The position numbers and the translations under genes are program-made. The notes under the pieces are model-generated. The model was given only the letters and a program-made list of their open reading frames with translations, did no database searches and was not told where the DNA came from. A stretch of 63,679 nucleotides of DNA. Source: Gekko japonicus. Lineage: Eukaryota. Positions 35,900 to 47,408 of this stretch are shown here, in pieces; the stretch's first letter is position 1, and every line of letters starts with the position of its first letter. Location: the NCBI RefSeq assembly GCF_001447785.1, contig NW_015175359.1, positions 53,062 to 116,740 on the forward strand. Reading direction: 5' to 3'.

Positions 35900-36402
35900 A
35901 GACAGAATTGGACTGACTTTCTGCAAGGAAGCGGTCTTGTGTCGTTTATTTTTCTCTCTTTTCTTTTTTTGCAGGGCTTCTTTCGGGTGAGTCTGTCAAA
36001 AGGATCAAAGACTTATAACAGCTTCCATACAAGGATATGTTAATTTTTTAAAAATTCTTGCTAAAAGAGGGCTTCATAAAGATCTATAAAATCATGAACA
36101 GTCTGGACAAGGTGGATTGAGAATTTATTCCCACTTCGCTCCACCCCCGATAATATTAGACTTTGGCTTCCCCGGAAGAAATTAGCAGTCTGTACACTCT
36201 GGGACTGGATCCTCCATGTTCAAAGGCAGTGCAGCTTTTATTGTGTATGCAGGTTCACTGTAAGCCTCAAAAACCAAATATTGGCTGATATACCTGAATT
36301 TAAATAACTAACAATGCTAGCCTGGCATGTATACATGTAACAAAATTCAGTGGGTGTTATTCCCGAATAAGAATGCTTAAGATTGTGTCTTAAATTTGTG
36401 GA

Positions 36403-36547
36403 CAGGGTTGCCAACAGACCTGATGAAAAATATCTTTTGAAAATGGGCAGGTTCAATATTTCATGGCATGGGGGTAAATAGCATCCCATTTAGCCTCTGT
36501 TAAAAGGACAGGGCTTTTTTTCCTCCACCCAGCAGCTGGCAACCCTG
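36403..36547. mobile_element. hAT (Blackjack-like) MITE, TIR CAGGGTTGCCA; relatives at about 37330-37482 and 37486-37810
   Basis: TIR pair; TSD TTTGTGGA / TTTGTGGG. Confidence 0.65.
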
Positions 36548-36921
36548 TTTGTGGGGAAGGACAGGGTTTGTGGGAGACTGGGCCTTTCACCCTGCAGGCT
36601 TTCTATACATTGACTCTGTTTGGGGTTGCCTGTTCCATCTGCAGTCCTAAGTGTTCTTCTCTGGAAGTTCCTTTGATGGCTGTGGGACTGGAAGCTTGAT
36701 CCCTTGCATGTTTACCTGAAAGGAAGCCTCACTATTGTCGTAAGCAGATTTTTATGTGACACTTCACAGAGTAAGAGAAACAAAAAAAATGAAGAAAATT
36801 AGATGGCTGTTTACTCCAAAGAGCTTACAGTCTTAACAGCCTGAGCTTATCCATGTTTAGTCAGAAATAAATCTCACTATTATGTGTATTACTCTAAAGT
36901 AAAAAATGCTGCAGTCCTGTG

Positions 36922-37128
36922 TAATGTTCCCTCTAAGCTGTGAAGTCCTGTGAGCAAAAATTCTACTTTGTGAGTTCCTGGCATTAAAGTTGTGAGCAAG
37001 CGATTTGGCTACTGCATAAATTAGTTTGCTCTGGAGCCGTCCCTTCCTGAGCTAAGACAAAAATGGGTGAGCTGGAGGCTAAAAAACGGTGAGCTAGCTC
37101 ACACTGACTCAGCTTAGAGGGAACACTG
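36922..37128 (-). mobile_element. hAT MITE (CARTGTTCCCTCTAAGCTG family)
   Basis: Exact TSD GTCCTGTG. Confidence 0.88.
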
Positions 37129-37524
37129 GTCCTGTGTAAAAATAGGTCCTTTTAAATACACCGAGATTCACGTTGAAGAAGATGTCAAAGCTACTTCAAT
37201 GTGGATGCACTATCGCCATCTATGTATTACTTGTGTCATGTCTTCTCTATTTCTTAGTCAGATATAAACTGCTGTGGGGGGGCCTTTTGCTGTAGGAAAA
37301 AAGGACAAAGTATAAATGTGTGTTATACAGAGGGTTGCCAACACATCAGGAGAAAAATGTCCACAGGCTTAATGTGTGGAAATGGAAAGCTGAAGCTTTT
37401 CATGGTATGGAGGTAAACAACATGCCCTTAAGCCTCATTTTAAAAGACAGGATTTACTTTTCTTCAGGCAGTTGGCACCCTTGTCTAGGGTTGCCAACTG
37501 CCTGGAGAAAAAATGTCCTGTTCC

Positions 37525-37679
37525 TAGGCTACAGTCACAAACACTAAATAATCTACTTTCAATACATTTTCAGTACACTTTCCAACTGGATTTTGCCAGT
37601 TCACACAGTACAACCCAGTTGGAAAGTGCACTGAAAGTGGATTGAAAGTGGGTTATTTAGTGTGTGTGATTGCAGCCTA
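37525..37679. mobile_element. Foldback (palindromic) MITE nested in a hAT MITE
   Basis: About 65-bp imperfect arms TAGGCTACAGTCACAAACACTAAATAA.. / ..TTATTTAGTGTGTGTGATTGCAGCCTA. Confidence 0.7.
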
Positions 37680-38567
37680 ATAGAGGTTTAAAGGTTATTT
37701 AGCAGGATGGGATGTTTCTTTACCTCTGTGCCATGAAAACCTTACCTTACTATTTCTAAACCCTTGTTCAAAGGACAGGGCATTTCCCCCCAGGGCTTTT
37801 GGCAACCCTGGGCCACACTTTGGTATATCTGTTGGACATGGGCCTAGGATTGCATGCACTCACCATGACACATGGAAAGTAATGGCTGAGTCCCTTATAT
37901 AGTTATATGCACTATGCACTCATTTGAAAGCTTCACAGAAAATTACTTATGTACAATGGTAGGCCTGAGCTCCACTGTAGTCTGTCAGTCTAAACTGGCT
38001 CATGCAGGCTTTCACCCTCCCCTGAAGTAGCCATTACCAAACCCTTCCTAAACCACTGAACCTTACAAACACAAACCATATAATTCTGTCTGCTTTCACA
38101 ACAGTGATCCTGATACTCCTCATTAAGATTAATATCAGCCCAGCAGTGCAGACACCTGGCTGTTTTGCCCTATTCCATAAATATTATCCACCAATGAACC
38201 CCAAGCTATTCCTCAGTCAGAGTTCACCTCTTTTCCCATCCTCCTGCCTGACTTCTGCCTTTTCTCCCTCACCCACCAGCTGCCTCTGAGAATATCTACC
38301 GTGCTACACAGTCCAAACCCATAGGTCGTCATCATTCTGTCTTTGATTGCAAGAGCACCACAAATGTTGATGCACCCGTTCCATCGTGCATCTTCTTGTC
38401 ATTTTACACACACTTGTGCTACTGAACTGCATTTCTGTTCTAATTCTGCCACGTAAATTGTTTTATTAGCAGATCTACTCACGGAAGCCAGAAGTATCAA
38501 AGCATCTGGAAGTCTTGGGGTCCAAACGGCTTAAAAGCACATACTGTGAGCATATCCAGTTGACAGC

Positions 38568-39278
38568 ATGGCAACCAAAGTGCTGTCTTCATCCCATGAC
38601 TCTGTTGACCGGAGCCCTGTGAGCGGGTCCCCGGTGAACCGAATTTCCCCAAGGATGACTATCAAAACCCCATTAAAGATCCTGGATCCTGGTAGGTCAA
38701 AACTAACCACTGTTGAGACCAAGAGGATTATATCTGTCTTGGATGACACCATCATTAAGGTAGAGCTGGTTACTATGTTCTCACACGTTCTGGAGAACCT
38801 TGAGGATTTCAGCATAATGTTGGGTCAGGAACTTTGGGGGGCTCTTAAAGAACATCTGCGGCTTTCAAATAATATGGAAGCCGTGGTTGCCCGCCTCGAG
38901 AAAGAAGGACTTCTGCTTAAGGGCATTGCAAAAGGGAACCTATTTGCTGCAGAGGATGAAAGCGGCCAACTTCACCTGCATGTCGAAGGCTTAAAAAGTT
39001 CGGTCCGAAATATTGTGCGCTTGTTCAATATGAACCCCATAGCTGGTCGGGCAGTGAGAGATACTGCTTTTGCCAGGAGTCCAACCGCTGACATCTTGCT
39101 TAGAGGCCTGTTGGCTCTCAGAAAGTTTCTGTTTGAGATGCTTCTCACCACTCCATTGGAAGAAAAAGAGAAAATGAAGTTTATGCAAGAAATTGCCCTC
39201 CGAGACAGGAAAAACATGGAGATGGTTGCAGCTTTGGAGGATGAACTTGCATCAGCGATTCACAGTCGCGATGAGGAG
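38568..39278 (+). CDS. IQCD: IQCD coding exon 1
   Basis: 711 nt of the 258-aa ORF (LDPGRSKLTTVETKRIISVLD...FLFEMLLTTPLEEKEK...RDEE), donor GAG|GTACTG; acceptor TAGCAG at 38467-38472. Confidence 0.92.
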
Positions 39279-39527
39279 GTACTGGGGAGGGGGAGTAAGG
39301 GTACAATTAGACAGCTGATGGTCAAAGCACTTACTTTATTTTAAGTATTTCTTGCCTATCCATTAATAACACTTGAACTGATTTACTGTGTTTAAAAAGA
39401 AGATACAAAGCTAAACCAGTAACTAGTATAAACAATAGTAAGAGCGCAGAATATAAACAGCCCTTAAAAGAAGCCATACAAATTGTTAAAGAAACAATGC
39501 ACATTATTATTATTAAAAAAAAAAAAA

Positions 39528-40075
39528 TTCAAAGCCCTGTGTGGCCAGGGACCAGCGTATCTACAGGACCTTCTCTCCCCATATGTGCCCCGTAGACCCT
39601 TGCGCTCTGCAGACCAACATCTCCTGGTAGTCCCCAGCCCAAAAGGTGTCCGTTTAGCCTCAACCAGGGCCATGGCCTTTTTTGCCCCGGCCTGGTGGAA
39701 CACACTCCCATCTGAGATCAGGGCCCTGTGGGACTTGTTACAGTTCCTCAGGGCCTGTAAAATGGAGCCGTTCCGCCAGGCCTTTGGTTGAGGTGGCGGA
39801 TGCCTTCAGTTGAGATGGCGGACATCCATTCCTTTCTGTCCTCCCCGCTCACAGTCTTTGTCACTGTGTCTCGTCCAAACTGACCCTGCTAGAAGATTGC
39901 CAACTGCACGAGGCACTTGAATGCTACATCCTGTCACCATTGTTGCCATTACCTGTTTATTTACAGTTGCTTTAGATTTTATGTTTAACACTTTTATGTT
40001 TGTTAACCTGTATACTGTTACCCACCCTGAGCCCACTTGTGAGATAGGGCGGGATATTAATAAATAGAATAAATT
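39528..40075 (+). mobile_element. L2 LINE 3' fragment
   Basis: FKALCGQGPAYLQDLLSPYVPRRPLRSADQHLL...FRQAF and L2 3' end. Confidence 0.8.
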
Positions 40076-40330
40076 AATTAAGTGAATGCCCAGGCAGAAA
40101 AATGTTACAGCCCGGTGCCTAAAGCTTAACAAAGAAGAAGCTGGCCATATGATAGTCAAGGCACTACCACTGAGGAGACTCTGTTTTTTCCACCTTGCTT
40201 TGGGAGGGGGAGACATGAAGTAGTGACCCATGCCAACCTTTTATCATTAATGTGAGCAAGTTTCTAACCAGACAATTGATGGAAGAACACAGGTACCCCG
40301 TTCACACATTACAGTGAATGCACATACATC

Positions 40331-40515
40331 CAATGTTCCCTCTAAGATGAGTTTTTTAGCCTCCAGCTCACACATTTTTGTCTTAGCTCAGGAAGGATGG
40401 CTCCAGAGCAAACTAATTTATGAAGCAGCCAAATGGCTCGCTTCCAACTTTAATGCCAGTAGCTCACAAAGCAGAATGTTTGCTCACAGGACTCCACAGT
40501 TTAGAGGGAGCACTG
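40331..40515 (+). mobile_element. hAT MITE, internally deleted (CARTGTTCCCTCTAAG family)
   Basis: Exact TSD CATACATC; sits inside an older inverted-repeat element (about 40295-40750). Confidence 0.85.
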
Positions 40516-41412
40516 CATACATCCCGCCTTTACATGTGTACAATTGTTTGTAAGAAGAGCCAACTTTACAAACAAAACTGGGGACCACTACCTGGATAAA
40601 TAATGGCTTTCAGTTGCATGTTCCTCTGTACATACATTTAATGTAAAATGAAAATTACTTAGTGCTACTGAATGGTTTAGTGCACATATAAAAAAAAGTC
40701 AAAGGTACAGTATACACTGATTGTACATGCATTCACTGTAACCTGTGCACAAGAGTATAGATTCATTTTTGTGTTAAGCCAATAGGAGAGCAGGAGGAAA
40801 TAGACAGGGTGCTTCTGTGGGCTGGGATGCTCTTCCCAAGCTGAAGGGAGAGGGCAGCTAACTGTGTGGAGAGCAGCCCTTCCCACCAGCTCTTGGATAA
40901 GTGTTCTGCCAGAGGGACTACAGAGTTCATACGGTAAAGACCAGAGCTGCAGTTAAATGAGCCAGCCTTCCCCATGGGATCCCTCAACCTCCGTTTCTTC
41001 CTGACTTCAAGACATTTTGAGAGGAAGAACAAGAGTAGTTGGTGACAGCACCATGCCCTGTGGCCTCTGAGACACATGTCCTCCCCGCAAGAGCCTGTGT
41101 TCTCCCACTTCAGGTTTGGGGCAAGGTGGAGAAACGCCTCAAGTGTGTACTTATGCTTTTGGTGCTGCTGGGTCTGCAAAGGGGCATCCTTATTCCTCTG
41201 ATGGTAAGTCAGGTAGAGGACCAGTTCAGTAGAGAAGGAGGACCAGGCATACTATACAAATATGCAAAAGACCAGGTGCTAGCAGCAGCAATGGTCTGTG
41301 AGAATTAAGACTTTTTCAACTGTGGCTACTTACTACTTTGTCCACCAGAATGGCCAAATACACGCCGACTGGGGGAAAGAGCCAATATGCTAGAGTGTTA
41401 GAGTGGTTGGAC

Positions 41413-41744
41413 CAGAGGTCATTTCGGGGGGGAACGCAGTTCCCCCGGGTGAGGTGCAGGGGGGCGGGGCACATGACAAAGCCCCGCCCCCTGCTTCCAG
41501 CTGCCCCGCTTCCGGCCCTCATTCAGCCAGGAGGAGGCAGGAGGAGAGGGAGGGTAAGTTGCCTCCTCCCCGTCTCTCCTCACCCCTGCCTGCCTGGGGC
41601 CAGGGAGGGCCTTCGCGGGGCTTCCTCGCACTCCCGCTGGCCTTGCAGGTCCACCGCCGGGCCCCTGATGTCAGGGGGTGTGGCATATGCTAATGAGTTA
41701 TGCTAATGAGTTCCCCTAGTTCTTTTTCTATGAAATGACCCCTG
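41413..41744. mobile_element. GC/CpG-rich hAT MITE inserted in an old tRNA-SINE
   Basis: TIR CAGAGGTCATTTC / GAAATGACCCCTG; exact TSD GGTTGGAC. Confidence 0.85.
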
Positions 41745-42151
41745 GGTTGGACTAGGACTGGGGAAACCTGTGTTTGAATCTCCACTCATCCGTGAAGCTC
41801 AGTGGATGATCATGGCCTAGTCACTCTCTGTCATAGCCTCCACTACCTCATGGTTGTTTGGAGCACAAAATGGAAGAATGTACCATGTACACTACCCTGA
41901 GCTCCTTGGAGGAAGGCTGGAATGAAAAACTGATAGACAAAGGAAAAGGCCCCTGGCAGCTGGTTGACTTCTACATGTATTATTAGGCTAGGGCAACCAT
42001 CTTCAGCCGATTGATCAGGATCCTCGGGTGTGTCGTGGAGCCTGACTTGCTGGGTTGTGAGCCTCTACAGAACTCCTTTGTTGTTGTGTTGCTAGTGCAT
42101 GTGCATTTGTGTGTCTTTGCATGAGTATTGAGAGTCCCATCTATTGTTCAG

Positions 42152-42385
42152 ATTTCCAAGAAGAACACCTCCATCAGGGAACTGAAAACCCACTTACACA
42201 ATCTAGCTAAGTTTTCTGACAACCAAATCCAGCGTACCAGAGCCGAAGTGGAGAAGCAACAGAAGGGGGAACTGCGCAGCTCTCAGGCAAAGTGCGCCAA
42301 GATGTTGCAGGACATACAGCAGTTAAGGGCCCAGCTCAATGCCCTCATTGCAGAAAATCGAGAGTCGGAGTTCACTCTTCGAAAG
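42152..42385 (+). CDS. IQCD: IQCD coding exon 2
   Basis: 234 nt, ISKKNTSIRELKTHLHNLAKFS...ENRESEFTLRK, CAG/GT. Confidence 0.93.
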
Positions 42386-42434
42386 GTAGCTGCAGGGTGA
42401 TGGAATTCCATAGGATATTAGGGTTGCTATAATA

Positions 42435-42935
42435 ATTTATTTATTTATTTATTTTTCATATTTATACCCCGCCCTCCCCAATGGGCTCAGGGCGGCTCAC
42501 AAAGGCAAGGAAAAAAACCGAGCCATAATTAAAACATATGATACATAATAAAAACATCCAATCATTAAAACAGTGGTGCTCAATCAATTATTAAACATAA
42601 GTCCAAGATGGCTCGGCTCAGTTCTTCTCCAGAATCTTCTGACCATTCCCAAGTTCTTCCTCAGGGCCTCGCAACGTCCTCTAGGTGCAATGGCGGTGAT
42701 GGTATAGTGGGGCGGCGGCTCCTACTCAAAAGCCTGGCGGAAAAGCTCTGTCTTGCAGGCCCTGCGGAACTGCATAAGGTCCCGCAGGGCCCGGATCTCC
42801 CCTGGGAGCTCATTCCACCAGGTAGGAGCCACCACCGAAAAAGCCCTGGCCCTAGCCACAGCTGATTTAGCATCCTTGGGGCCTGGAATGTCCAACAGAT
42901 TTTGGGCCCCTGACCGTAGTGCTCTTCGCACTTTG
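42435..42935 (-). mobile_element. L2 LINE 3' fragment
   Basis: RALRSGAQNLLDIPGP..RAFSVVAPTWWNELP..KTELFRQAF; (TAAA)n tail. Confidence 0.8.
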
Positions 42936-43842
42936 AAGCGAATCCGGTATGCTATTAAACGTCCAGGATCAGAGTAATAAAACAGCCCTGCACAATTTCA
43001 CACCTGCTAAGCCAAGTAAACCCAGCCTGGAGCTTGATAAACTTCCTTGCTTTGCAAGAATAGGAGGGTTCTTTATGTACTTGGCAAGCCACAGTACCTT
43101 GGCTTCAGAGGATTGCCACAGATGAACTACAAGCCTTCGACAGTGTGTCTGGGTGGCATTGTTGTGCTTGTGGCATCCCTGTTACCACCTGTGACATGTC
43201 AGGTGGTATGCAAATTTGACAGTACAACACAAATTACCACGGGGCATCAGGGCTAGTGGACTGTTTGGCTTTGCGGGTCACTCACAAGTTGCGCTGTGGA
43301 AATGGTAGTGTTTTTAGGACTGGTAAACAAGAGTGGAATATTTTATCTTTGCAACCTACTATTTATTTTAGCGTAAGCGGGGAGCAGGCTGCCCTGAATA
43401 TCATTTTAATTTGGATACTGAGTGGCTATTCCCCCCTCACCCCCATCTGCAGGGAAAGCACACCTCCTATTTGGAACACAGTGAAGCTCTTCAGTCGTAC
43501 CAGCTGTTATGAACTGACTGCGCAGGAGCCCACTCATGTTACAAAATGTATTCCCAGCCCCCACATCACTGCCTGGAGAAACGCAGGACTATTCCTAATA
43601 TAAGTAATAGGTGTAAACTGTAGCTATTTGGGGGGAAAGAAAGCAGTGACCAGTTCCTAGCCAGAAGCTGTGTTCGTAGACTGAGACTATCAGACTCCTT
43701 AAAGCTGATGTGAGTTTCGCTGTCCAGTGCTCTTCTTCGTGGTGCAGTGATGGGACTGCCCTGCCTATGTGTGTCATTTCTAGATAAGATAGCCTGATTT
43801 CTAACTGGACGTGTGTTTTTTTGTGTGTGTTGTCTACTTTAG

Positions 43843-43914
43843 AAGAAATACAAAGTGGAGATAGAAATAGAGAACTGGATCCAGAAATACGACATTGAGA
43901 TGATAGAAAAACAG
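43843..43914 (+). CDS. IQCD: IQCD coding exon 3
   Basis: 72 nt, [32 protein letters not shown]. Confidence 0.93.
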
Positions 43915-45635
43915 GTACCGATTATCCTACATGTTTTGCTTTGAGCCGCTTTCCGTCTCAGGAATTTTCTCCTCAAGAGCGTCATTTCAAAAAACACGAA
44001 GCAGCAAAATCGTTCAGGGTTCTGGCATGGGATGGCTCTTCCTTCTCCTTTGCATCTGATGGAGGGTGTTTCTTACCTCAAGGTCACCACACCAAGCTAT
44101 TCCTCCCACCTCCTAATTAGATGGAACAGCTCTGCTGGTGCTGAACTGGGCATCTGGATCGGGGTCCTCCTCCAATCAGCTTGTATGGCTGACCTGTACT
44201 ACACCCAGGGCCGATTGCAACACCCTGACACGGTTTGGTCATCCGTTCTATTTCTGTGCAGTCAAAAGGAGGATTGGGTACAAAAAATGGCAAAATGAGA
44301 TGACAGGAAGAATAATCAGGGATGCTGAGAAGTGGGTTCCAAAGTGGGGGGAAGGGGGACCCAAGCCACAGTCCCAGCAGAGTAAGAACACAAGCATAAT
44401 AGGACTTCCTAGACTTAGGACAGATGGGAGCTCCTTTGGGGAGCTTTCATTAAGCAGAAGCAACTAGAGCCCCCCCCCCTCAATGCACTGACAGGAGTGC
44501 AGTGCCTGCACACAGAGGCAGGGTCCATGTATATGCTCCCTCCCCATGATGGAGTACACTGCTTGCCAAACATAGGAAGGTAATGGATGCGTGAACATAA
44601 GCTGGCAACCATGCAGAAGCAGGACCGACACACTCAATGCCTGTTCTGGGCGCATTTAGTCAATGCATGGAGGACTCATTTGCCGAGGACTAGAAAGGGA
44701 CTATATGCTGTGTACACCAATGTTGTTATGACAACAGCTCCCAGGGAAGGATCTTTCCCAGTTCTACTACCTAAAAACGTTGTGGCTGGAGGGATTGTAC
44801 CTGAGACCTTCTTCTCTACTGCTGATCTCTCCTTACTTGTAATATATGAAGTTACTTTATAATGAGATAAGGACTTATTCTCCATCTAGCCCAATGCTGT
44901 CAATTCTGACTGCCTCTGACTGGCCATGATTTTGTCCCAACATCTCCCACCTGAGATCCTTTCAGTCAGAGGCTGGGATTTGAACCTGTGCCTTGGCACA
45001 CACCACATCTGAGCCTTTCCCCTGCATAGCCTCCAATGCCAAGGATGAACACCCCCTTCCAGCAAGCACACGCTGCCTTAGATTTAGCCTTGTACTTTTG
45101 AAGACTTAATCTTTGGAAGAGGGGATGGTGACTTCTGCCCATCCTTCCTTCCCACTACGGACACCCAGTCTGCCCCCTGCGTCACCTTTAGTGTTGTTCC
45201 TTTCCATCTACTGATTCCCTAGCAATAAAATGGGGAGCCCTCAGTGGCCTGTAGCAAGAGGGGGAAGTGGGAGAGACCTGCTTGGGAAGATCTGCACCGT
45301 AAGCGGCTCCGGTTAGATACAGGCTGCTATTCTGTACCTCGCTCGGTTTCTCCCAAACTGAAATAAAAGTGGAATTTTTAACCCCCTTCACTCCATTGTG
45401 AACCAAGTCACATCTTGGGCACCTAGCGCTGAAGAGATTTCTCAGTGAAAAATACTAAAATCTCTTTTGCTGATCAACCACCCTTTCCCCAGTGTAAAGA
45501 GCCTTCGGTGGATGGAGCAACTGTGGCTGTCCCTCCTGTTCCATTCAAAATGCAGCTGCCAGCCAGGCCTGTAGATGCAGGGCCACATCTCTGGGTACCT
45601 TTCCTCTAACTAATGGCCTGTTCCTATCCTATCAG

Positions 45636-45908
45636 GAGGAGCTGGAGGAGATCGATGTGGTCTACAAGGTGGAGAAGGCCCAGCTGGAAGAGCTGAGGGA
45701 GAAGTTTGCCATACTCGATGAAGAGTTCAGCCAGATCCAGGAGGAGAGGCGGCTGAAGCAGGAACAGAGGGAGAAAGCCGAGAAAGAGCTGGCGATTCTG
45801 GCCCGGGCCGCCACCCTTATCCAGGCCTTGTGGAAGGGCTACCTGGTGAGGTCACTGTTGAGGACCAAGAGGAGAAGGAAAGGCAGAGGGAAGAAGGTCA
45901 GGAAATAA
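45636..45908 (+). CDS. IQCD: IQCD last coding exon (IQ motif, stop)
   Basis: EELEEIDVVYKVEKAQLEEL...IQALWKGYLVRSLLRTKRRRKGRGKKVRK*, CAG acceptor with CTAAC branch motif upstream. Confidence 0.94.
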   Translation, partial: EELEEIDVVYKVEKAQLEELREKFAILDEEFSQIQEERRLKQEQREKAEKELAILARAATLIQALWKGYLVRSLLRTKRRRKGRGKKVRK

Positions 45909-46006
45909 ATGCTGACCCTTTCCTGCCTATTCAAAACAGCCAACTGTGCCAGATCCGGATAGTTTTAAATAGAGATTTTGATCAGTAGAGGTGAGGTTGG
46001 TTCCTT

Positions 46007-46030
46007 AATAAATGTAGGTCAACCAATAAA
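46007..46030 (+). terminator. IQCD polyadenylation signals (two AATAAA)
   Basis: AATAAA at 46007 and 46025, about 100 nt after the stop. Confidence 0.6.
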
Positions 46031-47204
46031 TGTAAGTCAACCATTCAGACTTCCCCAGGAGCTGTTTTCCATTCTCTCTCACACACTGGGTTCCCAGTGG
46101 CTCTCCTTTTAGATCTTGGTCCAGTGATTCAGCTTGCAAATCAGTATATATGTACTCCCCTGCTGTAAAGGAGAATATCAGTAGGTCAGACCAGTCTCTC
46201 GTCCATCATCCTTTGTCATGGTGGCCACCAATGTTCCCTCTAAGCTGCAGTCTCTTGCCCATCATCCTTTGTCATGGTGGCCGGCCACCCAGAAGCAGGG
46301 AGCAAAGGCAATGGCTTTCCCCCACTGTTGCCCTTCTTTCCCCAAGCAACTAGTATTCTGAGGTACAGAATCAAACCCGGTTCTCCCAGATTAGAGTCCA
46401 CACACTTAACCACTACACCAAACTGGCACCATACCTATCCCTCTACAAAATCCTATCTAAGCCAGTGGCCCTTGGTACAGTCTCTTACTGAATTCCACAG
46501 ATCAATTGTACTGTAACTGAATTCCATATACTATAGTAGTTTGTCTCCAGTAACTACCCCCCATCGACCGCATTGCATGATCCCACTTTTTAAATGGAGG
46601 AGGGGTTCTATCAATTTCCCCCACACCTTACATCCTGGTACAGACCTCTAATTTCTCCCCTTTTTTTGGTTTCTTTTCTTGCATTCCGTTTGCGTGTGTG
46701 TGTGCGCGTGCCCATGCCTGGTGACGCCTACTGGGACATGGAGGATGTTCAGAGAAGTGGCTTGATAGCCTGCCTCTGCCTCCTGGCCCTGATATTTTCT
46801 GGATGTCCCCCATCCACATACTTGCCAGGGTTGGCCCTGCTTAGCTTCCCAGATCACAATTGCCTAGGCTAGCCAGGTCAGGGCATTTCTCCTCTTAGTT
46901 GTTCCCCCCCCCACACACACACACACACCGATTGCCTGGGCTAGCCAGGTCAGGGCATTTCTCCTTAGTTGTTCCCCCACACACTAGAAAGCCATAAACT
47001 CATTAGCTTTTCTTCATAGCTGTTATCTTCATCATTTTGCTTGCCTTTTTCTCCACCTTTCCCACCTTCTGGTCCGAATATCTTTTTTGGCATGGCATGA
47101 CCAGAACTGTACACAGTATTCCAAATGCAGCTGCACTGTTTTTGAGTTTGCTGGACAAGAAGCCCTGCATCTTTTTATCAAAGAAATGAATACATGTACA
47201 TGGA

Positions 47205-47408
47205 TACATAAAGCTGCCTTATACTGAATCAGACCAGTGGTCCATCAAAGTCAGTATTGTCTCCTCAGACTGGAAGCAGCTCTCCAGGGTCTCAGATGGA
47301 GGTCTTTCTTATCACCTCCTACCTGATCCTTTTATTTGGAGATGCTGGGGACTGAACCTGGGAACTTCTGCATGCCAAACAGATGATCTACCACTGAGCC
47401 ACACCCCT
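47205..47408 (-). mobile_element. tRNA-derived SINE with CR1-type tail (Squam2-like)
   Basis: Reverse complement of the 19705 family. Confidence 0.6.

Larger units (their letters stand above)
33740..36000. promoter_or_regulatory. CpG-rich divergent promoter region of TPCN1 and IQCD
   Basis: High CpG density, GC boxes, ATTGG boxes near 35755 and 35812, TGACGTAA near 35690, + strand donor GTGAGT at 35987. Confidence 0.75.
38568..45908 (+). other. IQCD: IQCD (DRC10, dynein regulatory complex subunit 10) complete coding span, 429 aa
   Basis: Four phase-0 exons; coiled-coil protein ending in an IQ motif (ATLIQALWKGYLVR) and basic tail; syntenic between TPCN1 and RITA1. Confidence 0.92.

Noticed and set aside
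39279-39344. IQCD ORF read-through past EE (VLGRGSKG...)
   Set aside because: Intronic continuation after the GT donor; the phase-0 splice to 42152 restores the conserved protein
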